In this document: positions 37,876 to 47,733 of the stretch, piece by piece
How positions within the stretch are numbered: position 1 is the stretch's first letter
How the letters are laid out: each line of letters opens with the position of its first letter
IMG/VR virus record: IMGVR_UViG_3300008113_000003
Location: 124,001 to 188,000 of that record
DNA length: 64,000 nt
Direction: 5' to 3' (one strand)
The notes under the pieces: generated by a model
Seen by the model: the letters and a program-made list of their open reading frames with translations, nothing else
What the model was told of the DNA's origin: nothing
Database searches by the model: none
Position numbers and translations under genes: made by a program

Positions 37876-38442
37876 ATGCTTATTATTGAACAAAACGAGA
37901 ATGAAAAATTGTCCTTATTACGTCAAGCAATTGAAGATAAGGTAGAAATTTCATTTTGGTATAGAGGTGTCAAAGTTAGCGACCCTAAGAATAAGAAATA
38001 CACCAAACAAAACTGGAGATTTGCTCAACCAACCGATTTAGGTAAGAGTAAAGGTGAAGGTAATAGATGGATGTTAAGGGCTTATCAAAAAAGTGGAGTT
38101 AGCAACACCAATAATAGAGCGTGGAAAACATTTTTAGTGGATGAAATGAATAACATAACCCTGTTAAACGCAGATAATAAGGCATACGTTTTACAAAAAT
38201 ATGGCTATTTTGAAAAACCAGACGGATCTGGTTTTAGTTTGAGTGGGGATAAAAAAATGGTTAATGATAAACCAGAAATTAAAATAGATATAAATAAAAA
38301 AAGACCAGAAAATAAACCAGAAGAAAAACCAGCTGAACCTCAAGCTCAAGTACAAAATGTGCCTGGGACCACAGATGATAAGGAAACAATAGCTGAACAC
38401 AGTTCTGGATTCTTAAAATGGATATATAATATATATGGATAA
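37876..38442 (+). CDS. WYL-like domain protein (188 aa)
   Basis: LRQAIEDKVEISFWY...WRFAQPTDLG......RWMLRAYQ......WKTFLVDEMNNI fits the WYL pattern (AI....V...Y...R.V.P..L...WYL......R.F..DRI). Confidence 0.6.
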   Translation: MLIIEQNENEKLSLLRQAIEDKVEISFWYRGVKVSDPKNKKYTKQNWRFAQPTDLGKSKGEGNRWMLRAYQKSGVSNTNNRAWKTFLVDEMNNITLLNADNKAYVLQKYGYFEKPDGSGFSLSGDKKMVNDKPEIKIDINKKRPENKPEEKPAEPQAQVQNVPGTTDDKETIAEHSSGFLKWIYNIYG

Positions 38443-39043
38443 TCAAGATAAAGCTGCACTATTAGCGCAAGGAATCGCTAAAGCAAGAATGGTGATGGAA
38501 AAAGTTGAGGCCAACACAGGCGGTAAAATGGCTCAAGATAGAGGTATGTCTGGAATCAACAGAGAAATCTATTCAGACAATTACCAAGAACGTGAACCAG
38601 AATACTTAACCGAAGAGGAAGTTGCTGCAAGAACAAGAAATGCCGCTGGTAATGTACCAAAAAACACAATGAGAAATTTAGCAACATCAAAAATGCCAAA
38701 AGAAATACTACAATCATTCATCGACAACCCGATTGTTGATCCAACAATCCCAGTTGGGATGGATAGTTTAATGGAGCAAGTTGCTAAAACGCAACCTAAA
38801 ATGAAACAAATTGAGGAAATGGCTCAACCAAGGCCTGCTGCACCAGCTCAATCGGCACCAGCTATAACAATGGATAAGGAATTAATTGAATATATCATTA
38901 AAAAGACTGTTGAGACTGTTCTTGAAGAACAAGCTAAAAAAACAAGTATTGATGAAAATTTTCAAATTAAAATAGGTGACAAAGTATTTGGTGGTAAACT
39001 AAATGTTTTGAAAGAAAATAATAATAAAACAAATAAAAAGTAA
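38435..39043 (+). CDS. Hypothetical protein (202 aa)
   Basis: ORF track; coupled to the WYL-like gene. Confidence 0.75.
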   Translation: MDNQDKAALLAQGIAKARMVMEKVEANTGGKMAQDRGMSGINREIYSDNYQEREPEYLTEEEVAARTRNAAGNVPKNTMRNLATSKMPKEILQSFIDNPIVDPTIPVGMDSLMEQVAKTQPKMKQIEEMAQPRPAAPAQSAPAITMDKELIEYIIKKTVETVLEEQAKKTSIDENFQIKIGDKVFGGKLNVLKENNNKTNKK

Positions 39044-39047
39044 AACT

Positions 39048-39212
39048 ATGACAAAAGAACAAGTATTAGGAATCGTAAGACACTTATTAACATTTGTTGG
39101 TGGTGTTTTGGTCGCAAAAGGTTTAGCGACTGATGTTTTGTCTAACGAATTAATCGGTGCCGCTATGACATTAGTTGGTGGTATATGGTCAATCGTAGCA
39201 AAAAATAAATAA
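39048..39212 (+). CDS. Small two-TM putative holin (54 aa; below the ORF-track cutoff)
   Basis: Manual translation MTKEQVLGIVRHLLTFVGGVLVAKGLATDVLSNELIGAAMTLVGGIWSIVAKNK; two hydrophobic helices and a basic C-terminus; resembles the Pam3-gp28-type putative holins. Confidence 0.7.
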   Translation: MTKEQVLGIVRHLLTFVGGVLVAKGLATDVLSNELIGAAMTLVGGIWSIVAKNK

Positions 39213-39229
39213 CTAAAAAAGGTAAAAAC

Positions 39230-39418
39230 ATGCATGTAATTAAATTTTGTAAGAATAAGTGTTGCCCAGTTATCGAGGTTCAAGAAAACGCCATAGTATT
39301 AGGCGACAAAGATGGACCAGAAGGTATAACAACATGGACCAAAAACCAATTTGCTGACTTTGTTGAAGCAGCTAAAGAAGGTAAATTTGACGAGATTGTT
39401 AACGAATCTGAAAACTAA
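39230..39418 (+). CDS. DUF397-like small protein (62 aa)
   Basis: CCPVIEV...IVLGD...PEG...WT..QF..FV.AAKEGKFD parallels the DUF397 pattern CVEVA...V.VRDSK.P.G..L.F...W.AF....K.GEF. Confidence 0.5.
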   Translation: MHVIKFCKNKCCPVIEVQENAIVLGDKDGPEGITTWTKNQFADFVEAAKEGKFDEIVNESEN

Positions 39419-39442
39419 GATTCTAACTAGAAAAAATAAATG

Positions 39443-39472
39443 ATGGGGGATTTGATATTCCCCATTTTTTTT
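39443..39472 (+). terminator. Rho-independent terminator ending the 36.5-39.4 kb operon
   Basis: ATGGGGGA-TTTGATA-TTCCCCAT followed by a T run. Confidence 0.8.
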
Positions 39473-39531
39473 GTACTTTTGTTTTGATTTTTCCTTAATT
39501 TTTACTATTATTATGGAAACATAGTCAACTT

Positions 39532-40752
39532 ATGAGTAAAATTAACATATTGGTACAACCAAATGACCGAGCTGGTTCGGGTAAATATAGATGCGTAGAT
39601 CCTCACGTGACTTTACAAAATAATAATCCAGATGATTTTTTTGTTGAAATTAATGAAAACGTTAATTTTAATGATGATAGCTATTTAAAAAAGTTCCAAT
39701 TATTCTTTTTCCATAGGGCTCCAGGCGGTAACTATCTACAGGGTGTTGAGATTATTAAGAAGATTAAGTCATTTGGTGGTAAAGTAATCATTGACTTGGA
39801 TGACCATTGGAATTTAGACCCATCACACGGTTTATATCAAACTTCAAAAAAGAATGATATTCCGCTACACACAATTAATATTGTAAGAGAGGCTGATTTA
39901 GTAACAGTTTCAACCCACTTTTTACAGAAAGAGGTTTTAAAATATAACAAAAAATGCGTTGTATTGGCAAACGCTATAAACCCTAACGAAACACAGTTTA
40001 AACCACAACCCAGTCAGTCTGATAAATTAAGATTTGGTTGGTTAGGTGGTTCTTCACACGTTAAGGATATCGAATTGTTAAAAGGCGTACCACAAAGATC
40101 AAATGAGTACGGTGATAAAATGCAAATTGTTTTATGTGGGTATGACACCAGGGGTAAAGTTAAAGCAATACACCCAGAAACTGGTCAGGTTATGGAAAGA
40201 GATATGCAACCTGTTGAAACAACTTGGTTTATGTACGAAATATTTTTAACAGACCACTTTAAAACCATCAAAGATCAAGAGTACATCAAACATTTATTAA
40301 AATTTGATCAAACCCTTAATTATGATGATAAGAACATGCCGTATAGAAGAATATGGACTAAATCTATTGATACTTACGCAAAGGGTTATAATGAATTTGA
40401 TGTGGCTTTAGCGCCATTAAACGATAGTTCTTTTAACATGTATAAATCACAATTAAAAGTTATTGAGGCTGGTTTCCATAAAAAGGCTATTATTGCACAA
40501 AATTATGGCCCTTACACTATTGATCTAATTTCTTCAATTGAAAAAGGTGGTGGATTTAACCCAAAAGGTAACGCTTTGTTAGTTGAGCCGAGTAAAAATC
40601 ACAAACAATGGAGTCAACATATCAAAAGATTAATTGATAATCCTAATCTTGTTGAGGATCTTGGTGAAAAATTATACGAAACTGTTAAAGACAGATATGA
40701 TATAAATTACGTAACAAAATTGAGAGTTGAAATTTATAAAACATTAATATAA
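39532..40752 (+). CDS. GT-B fold glycosyltransferase (406 aa)
   Basis: IDLDDHW, ADLVTVST, RFGWLGGSSH, FDVALAPL...FN..KSQLKVIEAG. Confidence 0.8.
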   Translation: MSKINILVQPNDRAGSGKYRCVDPHVTLQNNNPDDFFVEINENVNFNDDSYLKKFQLFFFHRAPGGNYLQGVEIIKKIKSFGGKVIIDLDDHWNLDPSHGLYQTSKKNDIPLHTINIVREADLVTVSTHFLQKEVLKYNKKCVVLANAINPNETQFKPQPSQSDKLRFGWLGGSSHVKDIELLKGVPQRSNEYGDKMQIVLCGYDTRGKVKAIHPETGQVMERDMQPVETTWFMYEIFLTDHFKTIKDQEYIKHLLKFDQTLNYDDKNMPYRRIWTKSIDTYAKGYNEFDVALAPLNDSSFNMYKSQLKVIEAGFHKKAIIAQNYGPYTIDLISSIEKGGGFNPKGNALLVEPSKNHKQWSQHIKRLIDNPNLVEDLGEKLYETVKDRYDINYVTKLRVEIYKTLI

Positions 40753-40753
40753 C

Positions 40754-41338
40754 ATGAACGATAGATTAGAAAATTTAAACATGGACGATCTTTTTGATGA
40801 TGAAACCAAAAATGAACTGGATAATATCCTAAAACAAACCCAACATATGATGGGTGATTGGGATTATGATCCAAATGACATGACAATTAAATTAAAGGTT
40901 TCTTTTATTAATAAATCAAATAACCCCGATCCAACTTATGAAAAAGAGGGTGATAGTGGTTTTGATATCAGAGCGAATAATGATAAAACGATTGAAATTG
41001 AGCCTGGACACAGAGCTTTAATACCAACAGGCTTGTATTTTGAAATACCCATGGGTTATGAATTACAAGTTAGGTCCAGAAGTGGACTTGCATTAAAAAA
41101 TGGTATTATGGTTTTAAATAGCCCTGGCACCGTTGATTCTGGTTATAGGGGTGAGGTTGGTGTTATTTTACATAACTCAGATAAATCAGCACCTTTTTAT
41201 GTTCACAAAGGTGATAGAATAGCACAAGGTGTTATCGCTGCTGTACAAACAATGGGTAAAACTAAATTTATAAAAACAAACGAACTATCAAGTAGCGACA
41301 GAGGTACTGGTGGTTTCGGATCAACTGGTATTAATTAA
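40754..41338 (+). CDS. dut: Trimeric dUTPase (194 aa)
   Basis: SGFDI, RSRSGLA, GTVDSGYRGEV, GDRIAQ, RGTGGFGSTG. Confidence 0.95.
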   Translation: MNDRLENLNMDDLFDDETKNELDNILKQTQHMMGDWDYDPNDMTIKLKVSFINKSNNPDPTYEKEGDSGFDIRANNDKTIEIEPGHRALIPTGLYFEIPMGYELQVRSRSGLALKNGIMVLNSPGTVDSGYRGEVGVILHNSDKSAPFYVHKGDRIAQGVIAAVQTMGKTKFIKTNELSSSDRGTGGFGSTGIN

Positions 41339-41643
41339 TGGTAGTATTTAAAGATCAAATAAAAGCTTATAAAGCGATCACACAAGATATCTTAAACCAG
41401 ATAGAATATAAAACTGTTTGGTCTGGTAAAAGAATTGAGGTGGGTGATAAAGTTTTGTACGCATTTGTATACCCTTTAAATTCAGAGGACTATAAATTAG
41501 CAACGTTCCTTGAACGTGAATTAGATGAAGTTAACCAAATCTTCACCTATGTACAAACAATAAAAGGTATTATACCTGTATTAAAATATAAAAATGATAA
41601 TCTTGTGAGAGATTTAATCATAGAGGAAGAGGATGAGTCATAA
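41338..41643 (+). CDS. Hypothetical protein (101 aa)
   Basis: TAATG-coupled to dUTPase. Confidence 0.7.
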   Translation: MVVFKDQIKAYKAITQDILNQIEYKTVWSGKRIEVGDKVLYAFVYPLNSEDYKLATFLERELDEVNQIFTYVQTIKGIIPVLKYKNDNLVRDLIIEEEDES

Positions 41644-43069
41644 AATTAGTATCGTTTTCTCAACGAGAAAAATAGAAAATAGTTTCATTGAACATGTTAA
41701 AAAAACATGTATGTATAAGGGTGTTGAAGTTTTGCCTTATGAAAATAAGGGTGAATATTCTTTAACCGAAATATATAATAAGGGTTTAAACGAGGCATCA
41801 AGCGATATTGTTATTTTTTGTCATGACGATATCTTGTTTGAAACAAAAAATTGGGGTGAAAAAGTTTTAAAAGCTTTTGAAAAAAACCCTGAATATGGTA
41901 TTCTTGGTGTTGCTGGTACTAACCACATGATTAGTGGTATGTGGTGGGAAGTGCGTAATGCGATGCATGGAACTGTTAAACATACCGATGGTGTAAAAAC
42001 ATGGACAAACAAATACTCCGCAAATTACGGCAACCAATTAAAAGAAATGGTTGCTGTTGACGGTTTATTTATTGCTGTTAATAAGGCCAAAATAGAAAAT
42101 GTTTTTGATGATAGATTTAAAGGTTTTCATTTTTATGATATATCATTTTGTTTATCAAACCATATTAACGGTGTCAATATTGGGTTAATATCAAATATAA
42201 CAATATTACATAAATCTGTTGGCCAAGTTAATGAACAATGGATGGAAAATAAAACTTTGTTTGAAGAAATATATGGCGATAAATTACCTATTTGTTTAAA
42301 CGAAGAAACAAAACATATTATCTTCGATAAAGAATTACCAAAGATTGATATGCATGTTCTTTGTTGGAATGAGGAAAAGATTATACCATACTTCTTAAAT
42401 CACTATGAAAATTTTGTTACAAACATTATTGTTTACGATAATAAATCAAATGATAACACCAATAAACTTTTAAAAGCGCACCCAAAGGTTACTATTATAC
42501 CTTATGACACAAATGGGGAAATAAGAGATGACGCTTATCTTCAAATAAAAAACAACGCCTGGAAAAATTCAATCGGTAAAGCTGATATTGTTATAGTTTG
42601 CGATATGGATGAATTTTTGTATGCGGAAGATTTTAAATCAGCGATTATTGAGTTTAATAACAGCGATGCCACGATAGTTAAACCAACTGGGTATGATATG
42701 ATTGTTTCTGATTTTAATTTTGATTATACAAATAAATTAACAGACCTTGTTAAAACTGGTTATAAAAACAACCTCTTTGATAAGATGGTTATGTTTAAGA
42801 CAAAAAACATAACTGATATGAATTATAACGGTGGTTGTCACGTAGCGGCACCTAGAGGTAACAAAGTTAGTCTATTTGAAAATAAATTCTTATTACTACA
42901 TTATAAAAGACTTGGGTTAAAATATTTTTTAAATAAAATGTCTGCTTACAGAAAAAGGTTAAGTGATTTTAATAAAAAATATAAGCTTGGTTATGAATAT
43001 GAATTTGATAACAATAAACATACCGAAGATTTTAATGAGTCTTTAAATAAAATAGTTGAGGTTATTTAA
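41633..43069 (+). CDS. Two-domain GT-A family glycosyltransferase (478 aa)
   Basis: N-terminal domain IFCHDDI...GVAG...VDGLFIA...FHFYD; second domain LCWNEE..IPYFL.HY...VYDN.S.D...CDMDEF. Confidence 0.75.
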   Translation: MSHKISIVFSTRKIENSFIEHVKKTCMYKGVEVLPYENKGEYSLTEIYNKGLNEASSDIVIFCHDDILFETKNWGEKVLKAFEKNPEYGILGVAGTNHMISGMWWEVRNAMHGTVKHTDGVKTWTNKYSANYGNQLKEMVAVDGLFIAVNKAKIENVFDDRFKGFHFYDISFCLSNHINGVNIGLISNITILHKSVGQVNEQWMENKTLFEEIYGDKLPICLNEETKHIIFDKELPKIDMHVLCWNEEKIIPYFLNHYENFVTNIIVYDNKSNDNTNKLLKAHPKVTIIPYDTNGEIRDDAYLQIKNNAWKNSIGKADIVIVCDMDEFLYAEDFKSAIIEFNNSDATIVKPTGYDMIVSDFNFDYTNKLTDLVKTGYKNNLFDKMVMFKTKNITDMNYNGGCHVAAPRGNKVSLFENKFLLLHYKRLGLKYFLNKMSAYRKRLSDFNKKYKLGYEYEFDNNKHTEDFNESLNKIVEVI

Positions 43070-43102
43070 GTTTAGCAACTATTTAATTTAAAAAAATATT
43101 GT

Positions 43103-44110
43103 ATGGGATTTTTTAGGATAAAAAAAAGAGTAAAGACTGATAATAATTCTGAGGTCAATACCGTTGATTTTAATAATGAAAGTGATGACATTGTGGAAGA
43201 AAGATTACCTGAAACGCAAAAATCTTCAATCAGAAAAAAATATACAGGTGATAACACTGGTGAACCATACATGAGTAAGCAACCAAAAATTATTAAAGTA
43301 GAAACCGAAAAACCTATAAATAAGTTTTTTAAGAAGAATGATCGTATTATAGATTATTCAATGCCAGATATAACTGAAACGTTTGGTGTTATCGATAACA
43401 TTAATAAAGTAAAACCTTACCCTTTTAGACAAAGAAGATTAGCGGTCTTTATACATATGTATTACCCAGATTTATGGGATACACTAGATTCATACTTAAA
43501 TAATATCAGGTGTGATTTTGATTTATATGTTAATATTGTTATAGATAACTATGATCAAGAAACTGTGTATAAAATAATTGACAAATACCCAAATGCTAAA
43601 ATAATAAAAAATATTAATAAAGGTAGGGATATCGGTGGGTTAATAACGATGTCAAAATATATTATTAAAAATCAGTATGACTCCATATATTTTATACACA
43701 CAAAGAAAAGCCCGCATTTAAAAAGTGGTCATGTTTGGAGAACTGATATGTTAAACACTTTAATGGGTAGTGAAACAAAAATAACTAATTTTATAAAAGA
43801 TATAAGATATAACGATGTTGGTTTAATAGCACCTGGATTATATCTGACAAAATCAATGGGTAGTAACTACAATAACCTAAAAAGACTTTTAAATTTATAT
43901 GAAATCGAATATGATTTAAATAATTTAGAGTTTTCGGCTGGAACTTTTTTCTTATGTAGTGCGGAATTAATTGAAGAAATAGGTTCATTAATGGATTTAT
44001 CTTATTTTGAAGACGGTTCTGATTTAGATGGGCAGATGGCTCATGCTTTTGAAAGATTTTTACCTATACTAATAACAAAGAAAATTAATAAAACAACAAA
44101 ATATGTCTAA
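43103..44110 (+). CDS. Rhamnan-synthesis RgpF-like protein with an N-terminal extension (335 aa)
   Basis: LAVFIHMYYPDL, NKGRDIGG, IHTKKSPH...WR..M...L, FSAGTFF, DG.MAHAFER. Confidence 0.75.
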   Translation: MGFFRIKKRVKTDNNSEVNTVDFNNESDDIVEERLPETQKSSIRKKYTGDNTGEPYMSKQPKIIKVETEKPINKFFKKNDRIIDYSMPDITETFGVIDNINKVKPYPFRQRRLAVFIHMYYPDLWDTLDSYLNNIRCDFDLYVNIVIDNYDQETVYKIIDKYPNAKIIKNINKGRDIGGLITMSKYIIKNQYDSIYFIHTKKSPHLKSGHVWRTDMLNTLMGSETKITNFIKDIRYNDVGLIAPGLYLTKSMGSNYNNLKRLLNLYEIEYDLNNLEFSAGTFFLCSAELIEEIGSLMDLSYFEDGSDLDGQMAHAFERFLPILITKKINKTTKYV

Positions 44111-45185
44111 GCCAAAAATTATTTGTTTTTATTTACCACAATTCCATCCTTTTGACGAAAACGATACTTTTTGGGGGCGTGGTTTTACCGAGTGGAATAA
44201 TTTATATGATGTAAAAACATTTCACAAAGACCAAAAATTTATGAGAACATCATATGAATTTGGGGATTATGATTTAAGAAGTTATAAAGTTAGAAAAAGA
44301 CATGCTGAATTAGCTAAAGAGCATGGTATTGACGGTTTTTGTCTTTACCATTATTGGTTTTATGGGCACCCAGGTAATAAAGTTATGTACGAAGTTGCGG
44401 AAAGGATGTTAGAAGACGGTGAACCAAACATAAATTTTTGTTTTGAATGGGCAAATGAACCGTGGACAAAAACATGGGATGGGATGGAGAAAAACTATCT
44501 GATTAAACAAGAGTATGGTTCTGAAAAAGACTGGACCGAACATTTTAATTATTTACTTAAGTTTTTTAAACATAAAAATTACATAAAAGTGGATAATAAA
44601 CCAATGTTTCTTGTTTATAGAATGGAGCATTTTAAAGAGTTTGATAAATTTAAAGATTTTTTTAATCAACTGGCTATAAAAGAAGGTTTTGACGGAATTA
44701 TTTTTTCACAAACATTAAACCATTTTAACCAGGATGGTAGTAATTATGGTGTTAATAAAAACGCTGATGCTTATATTGAATACCACCCAATGTTCATAAA
44801 TAGGTTTTCTAAACCAGAACCAGAAAGCAATGAAAAAGCGACAATTTTTTATGCGCCAAAAAAATGGGAAAAAATTGTTAAATTTAAAAAACCAGAAGAA
44901 ATTGGTGACAAGCCGTACATACGTGGTTTTTATAGCGGTTGGGATTCTTCGCCAAGAGCTAAGAATAGATCGGCTACTATTGATCTTTACAATGACCCAA
45001 AAACCTTTGAATTTTATTTAAAACAACAAATAGAAAATGTTGTTGAAGATAACAACGAACCGTATAATTATTTATTTATTTTTGCCTGGAATGAGTGGGG
45101 TGAAGGTGCGGTAATTGAACCAAGTGATTTATACGGAAATCAATATTTACTTGCTATAAAAAATTCATTGAATGGCGTTAAATAA
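44103..45185 (+). CDS. WbsX-like glycosyltransferase / GH99-like domain protein (360 aa)
   Basis: FYLPQFHP..END.FWG.GFTEW, LAKEHGIDGFC.YHYWF, WANEPWT.TWDG, GWDSSPR, FAWNEWGEG...EP. Confidence 0.85.
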   Translation: MSKPKIICFYLPQFHPFDENDTFWGRGFTEWNNLYDVKTFHKDQKFMRTSYEFGDYDLRSYKVRKRHAELAKEHGIDGFCLYHYWFYGHPGNKVMYEVAERMLEDGEPNINFCFEWANEPWTKTWDGMEKNYLIKQEYGSEKDWTEHFNYLLKFFKHKNYIKVDNKPMFLVYRMEHFKEFDKFKDFFNQLAIKEGFDGIIFSQTLNHFNQDGSNYGVNKNADAYIEYHPMFINRFSKPEPESNEKATIFYAPKKWEKIVKFKKPEEIGDKPYIRGFYSGWDSSPRAKNRSATIDLYNDPKTFEFYLKQQIENVVEDNNEPYNYLFIFAWNEWGEGAVIEPSDLYGNQYLLAIKNSLNGVK

Positions 45186-45813
45186 AGTCTGCATAATATC
45201 ATTAAAATATTTAGAACCGTATTGGGAGTCAACGCAAAAAAATATAGTTGACTCGAAATTGCCAGTAATATACGTTGACAGGGGTGGTGTTGGCTCAATG
45301 ACAACAGCTTTTAATAGTTGCATACCAAAATTACACGAATTGTTTAATGATAATTTACCAGAATATTTGTTTTTTGTAACAAATAATAATTTTACATTAG
45401 ATACTATTAATAGATTAGTTGAATCAATGGATAGTACAGGTTTTGCTGCAATACACCCAACACATGATAGTGATCACCCATCTCATGTGAATAATAAATC
45501 TGGACAAGTTATTGAAACAAAATACATTGAGTGGACATCACCAATTGTTAGAACTGATTTGTTTTTAAAATATCCTTTAAATGAAAATTATCATTATTGG
45601 TTTTTTGATTTGGTTTGGAGTTTTGAAATCAAAAAGCTTGGTTATAAAATTGGTGTCGATCATGGCGCTTTTGTTGATCACAGGTATCTTGTGAAAGATT
45701 TATCAAACCCAATATCCAAAAAAAGAAAAGAATTAAGAGACGCTAGAAATGCTATTGAATATCAAATACTAAATAAGGATTATGGTAATAATTGGCAATT
45801 AATTCTTATGTAA
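45172..45813 (+). CDS. Putative GT-A-like protein (213 aa)
   Basis: IEWTSPIVR, YWFFDL.W...G..IGVDH pattern; context in the glycan cassette. Confidence 0.45.
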   Translation: MALNKVCIISLKYLEPYWESTQKNIVDSKLPVIYVDRGGVGSMTTAFNSCIPKLHELFNDNLPEYLFFVTNNNFTLDTINRLVESMDSTGFAAIHPTHDSDHPSHVNNKSGQVIETKYIEWTSPIVRTDLFLKYPLNENYHYWFFDLVWSFEIKKLGYKIGVDHGAFVDHRYLVKDLSNPISKKRKELRDARNAIEYQILNKDYGNNWQLILM

Positions 45814-45823
45814 ATAAATTTAG

Positions 45824-46261
45824 ATGGAAGTAACAAAAATATTAATTGATTTTGATGGTGTCTTAACGGATGGTAAGATATATTATACACACAATGGTGA
45901 ACAGTTTAAAGGTACCAACACACGTGATGTTAGGGCTATTAGGGAATTAATATCATATGGATATGATGTTATTATATTAACTGCAAGTAGTTGGCCAGGT
46001 TCAGAAACTTTCGCCAAAAAAACGGGATCGGAGATTGTTATATCAAAGGATAAAAAACTTTTTGCCGACCAGTTAAACGAAAAATTTATTGCTGTTGGTG
46101 ATGATGTCTGGGATCTTGGTTTAATAGAAAAATCAGAAAGATTCTTCGCACCAAAAGATTGCGATAGGGCAATTCGTTATAGTAGTAATAAAATTGAAAT
46201 ACTTAACTGTAAAGGCGGTGAAGGCGTTATAGCCGAACTGGTATGGTTATTATGTAAATAA
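45824..46261 (+). CDS. KdsC-like HAD sugar-phosphate phosphatase (145 aa)
   Basis: DFDGVLTDG.IYY...GE..K....RD, VGDD..D, GGEGVIAEL. Confidence 0.8.
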   Translation: MEVTKILIDFDGVLTDGKIYYTHNGEQFKGTNTRDVRAIRELISYGYDVIILTASSWPGSETFAKKTGSEIVISKDKKLFADQLNEKFIAVGDDVWDLGLIEKSERFFAPKDCDRAIRYSSNKIEILNCKGGEGVIAELVWLLCK

Positions 46262-46280
46262 ATAAAAACAAAAAAAATCT

Positions 46281-47045
46281 ATGAACACAAACAAAACAAA
46301 AACATCTTCTAGAAGAACAAGAAAAAAATTAACACCTGAAGAGGAGTATGAAGCTTTTGAGGCTATTAACAGAGCGCATAGCGGCAACGTTCTTGATAAG
46401 ATGAAAATTGACATCAAGTGTAAAACACAAAATCAAAAAAAATTAGTAACTGAAATAAAAAACAAAGAGATTGTTATTTGTTCTGGGTTACCAGGTACTG
46501 GTAAAACCTTCTTATCTTGCGCTGTAGCGCTAGAACTCCTTAAGACTGACCCTAAATACCGAAAAATTGTTATCGTTAAATCTGTAACAACTTTGAAAGA
46601 TGAGGAGATTGGGTTTTTAAAAGGTACTATGAAAGAAAAGATGGAACCATTTATGTACTCATTTATGCATAATTTTGAAAAAGTGGTTGGTAGACATAAT
46701 GTCGAGCTTTTAAGGGCTAATAATATGATTGAGGAAATGCCTATTGCTTATATGAGAGGTATTAATATTGATAACTCAATCACAATTATTGACGAGGCCC
46801 AAAACATCTCAATTGATAATATTAGAACTATTATGACCAGACTTGGTGAGAATTCTAAAATGATATTCTTGGGTGACGAGAATCAAATTGATATGAAAAA
46901 GAAGGGTGAAAGTTCTTTAAATTTCATTATCCAAAAATTTAGCGATTTTGACGAAGTTGGTACAATTACTTTGGGTGAGGATGATGTTGTTAGAAACCCG
47001 CTAATTAAAAAAATCGAAAAAATATTTAACGAAAGTAAAATGTAG
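46281..47045 (+). CDS. phoH: PhoH-family ATPase (254 aa)
   Basis: GLPGTGKT, IGFLKG...EKM.P, AYMRG, IIDEAQN, TRLGENSKMIFLGD..QID, DVVRNPLI. Confidence 0.93.
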   Translation: MNTNKTKTSSRRTRKKLTPEEEYEAFEAINRAHSGNVLDKMKIDIKCKTQNQKKLVTEIKNKEIVICSGLPGTGKTFLSCAVALELLKTDPKYRKIVIVKSVTTLKDEEIGFLKGTMKEKMEPFMYSFMHNFEKVVGRHNVELLRANNMIEEMPIAYMRGINIDNSITIIDEAQNISIDNIRTIMTRLGENSKMIFLGDENQIDMKKKGESSLNFIIQKFSDFDEVGTITLGEDDVVRNPLIKKIEKIFNESKM

Positions 47046-47097
47046 ACTTTATTTTAGGCTGAAACCATGTTATTTTTATACAAAAATAATCCATAAT

Positions 47098-47733
47098 ATG
47101 GTAATAGGTATTACGATAAATAACATTTTAAGAGAACACGTTAGTAAGTTAAAGGATTTATATGAATTTGAGTTTGAAAAAGAACCTATTTTACCTATAA
47201 ATCCTTTTGACTTATCTAAATCATTCCCAGATATTGAGGGTGAAACTGTTGACACAAATTTTGAAGTTGACAAAGAATTGGAGCTGTCCGAAAATAAAAA
47301 AGACACTTCTTTTAATTTAAGTAGATTCATGTATGAAGATGCGTGTTTTGAAGTATTTGGCCGTGTTGAGGAGAGCCAACCTGGGATTATTAAACAGATA
47401 TCCGATTTTTCAAATAAAAACAAAATAAAAATCGTTTTATTGAATAACGAGAGTCAAAGATCCAAATCAGCCACACTATTTTTTCTAAGTAAAAATTATT
47501 ACAATCTTGAGCAAATAATCTTCCCAAGTAAGTGGAAAGATTTTTGGTCGCATTGCGATGTTTTGGTTACAGATAACCCTAAACTGTTAAAAACCAAACC
47601 AAAGGATAAAATATCGATAAAATACAAAAATGATTTTAATGTTGACATTAAATCAGATTATACTATAATTAACATTGAAGAATTATTTAAAATCCTAAAA
47701 AAATTAAAGAAAGAACAAAATGGAAAAAACTAA
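47098..47733 (+). CDS. HAD-like 5'-nucleotidase-related protein, apparently degenerate (211 aa)
   Basis: Overall NT5C-like layout (IGI.IN.ILR...; DVLVTDNP), but motif I reads ITINN rather than DxD. Confidence 0.45.
   Translation: MVIGITINNILREHVSKLKDLYEFEFEKEPILPINPFDLSKSFPDIEGETVDTNFEVDKELELSENKKDTSFNLSRFMYEDACFEVFGRVEESQPGIIKQISDFSNKNKIKIVLLNNESQRSKSATLFFLSKNYYNLEQIIFPSKWKDFWSHCDVLVTDNPKLLKTKPKDKISIKYKNDFNVDIKSDYTIINIEELFKILKKLKKEQNGKN

Noticed and set aside
40754-47045. dUTPase and PhoH as novel auxiliary genes
   Set aside because: Both are common in large phages and show canonical motifs
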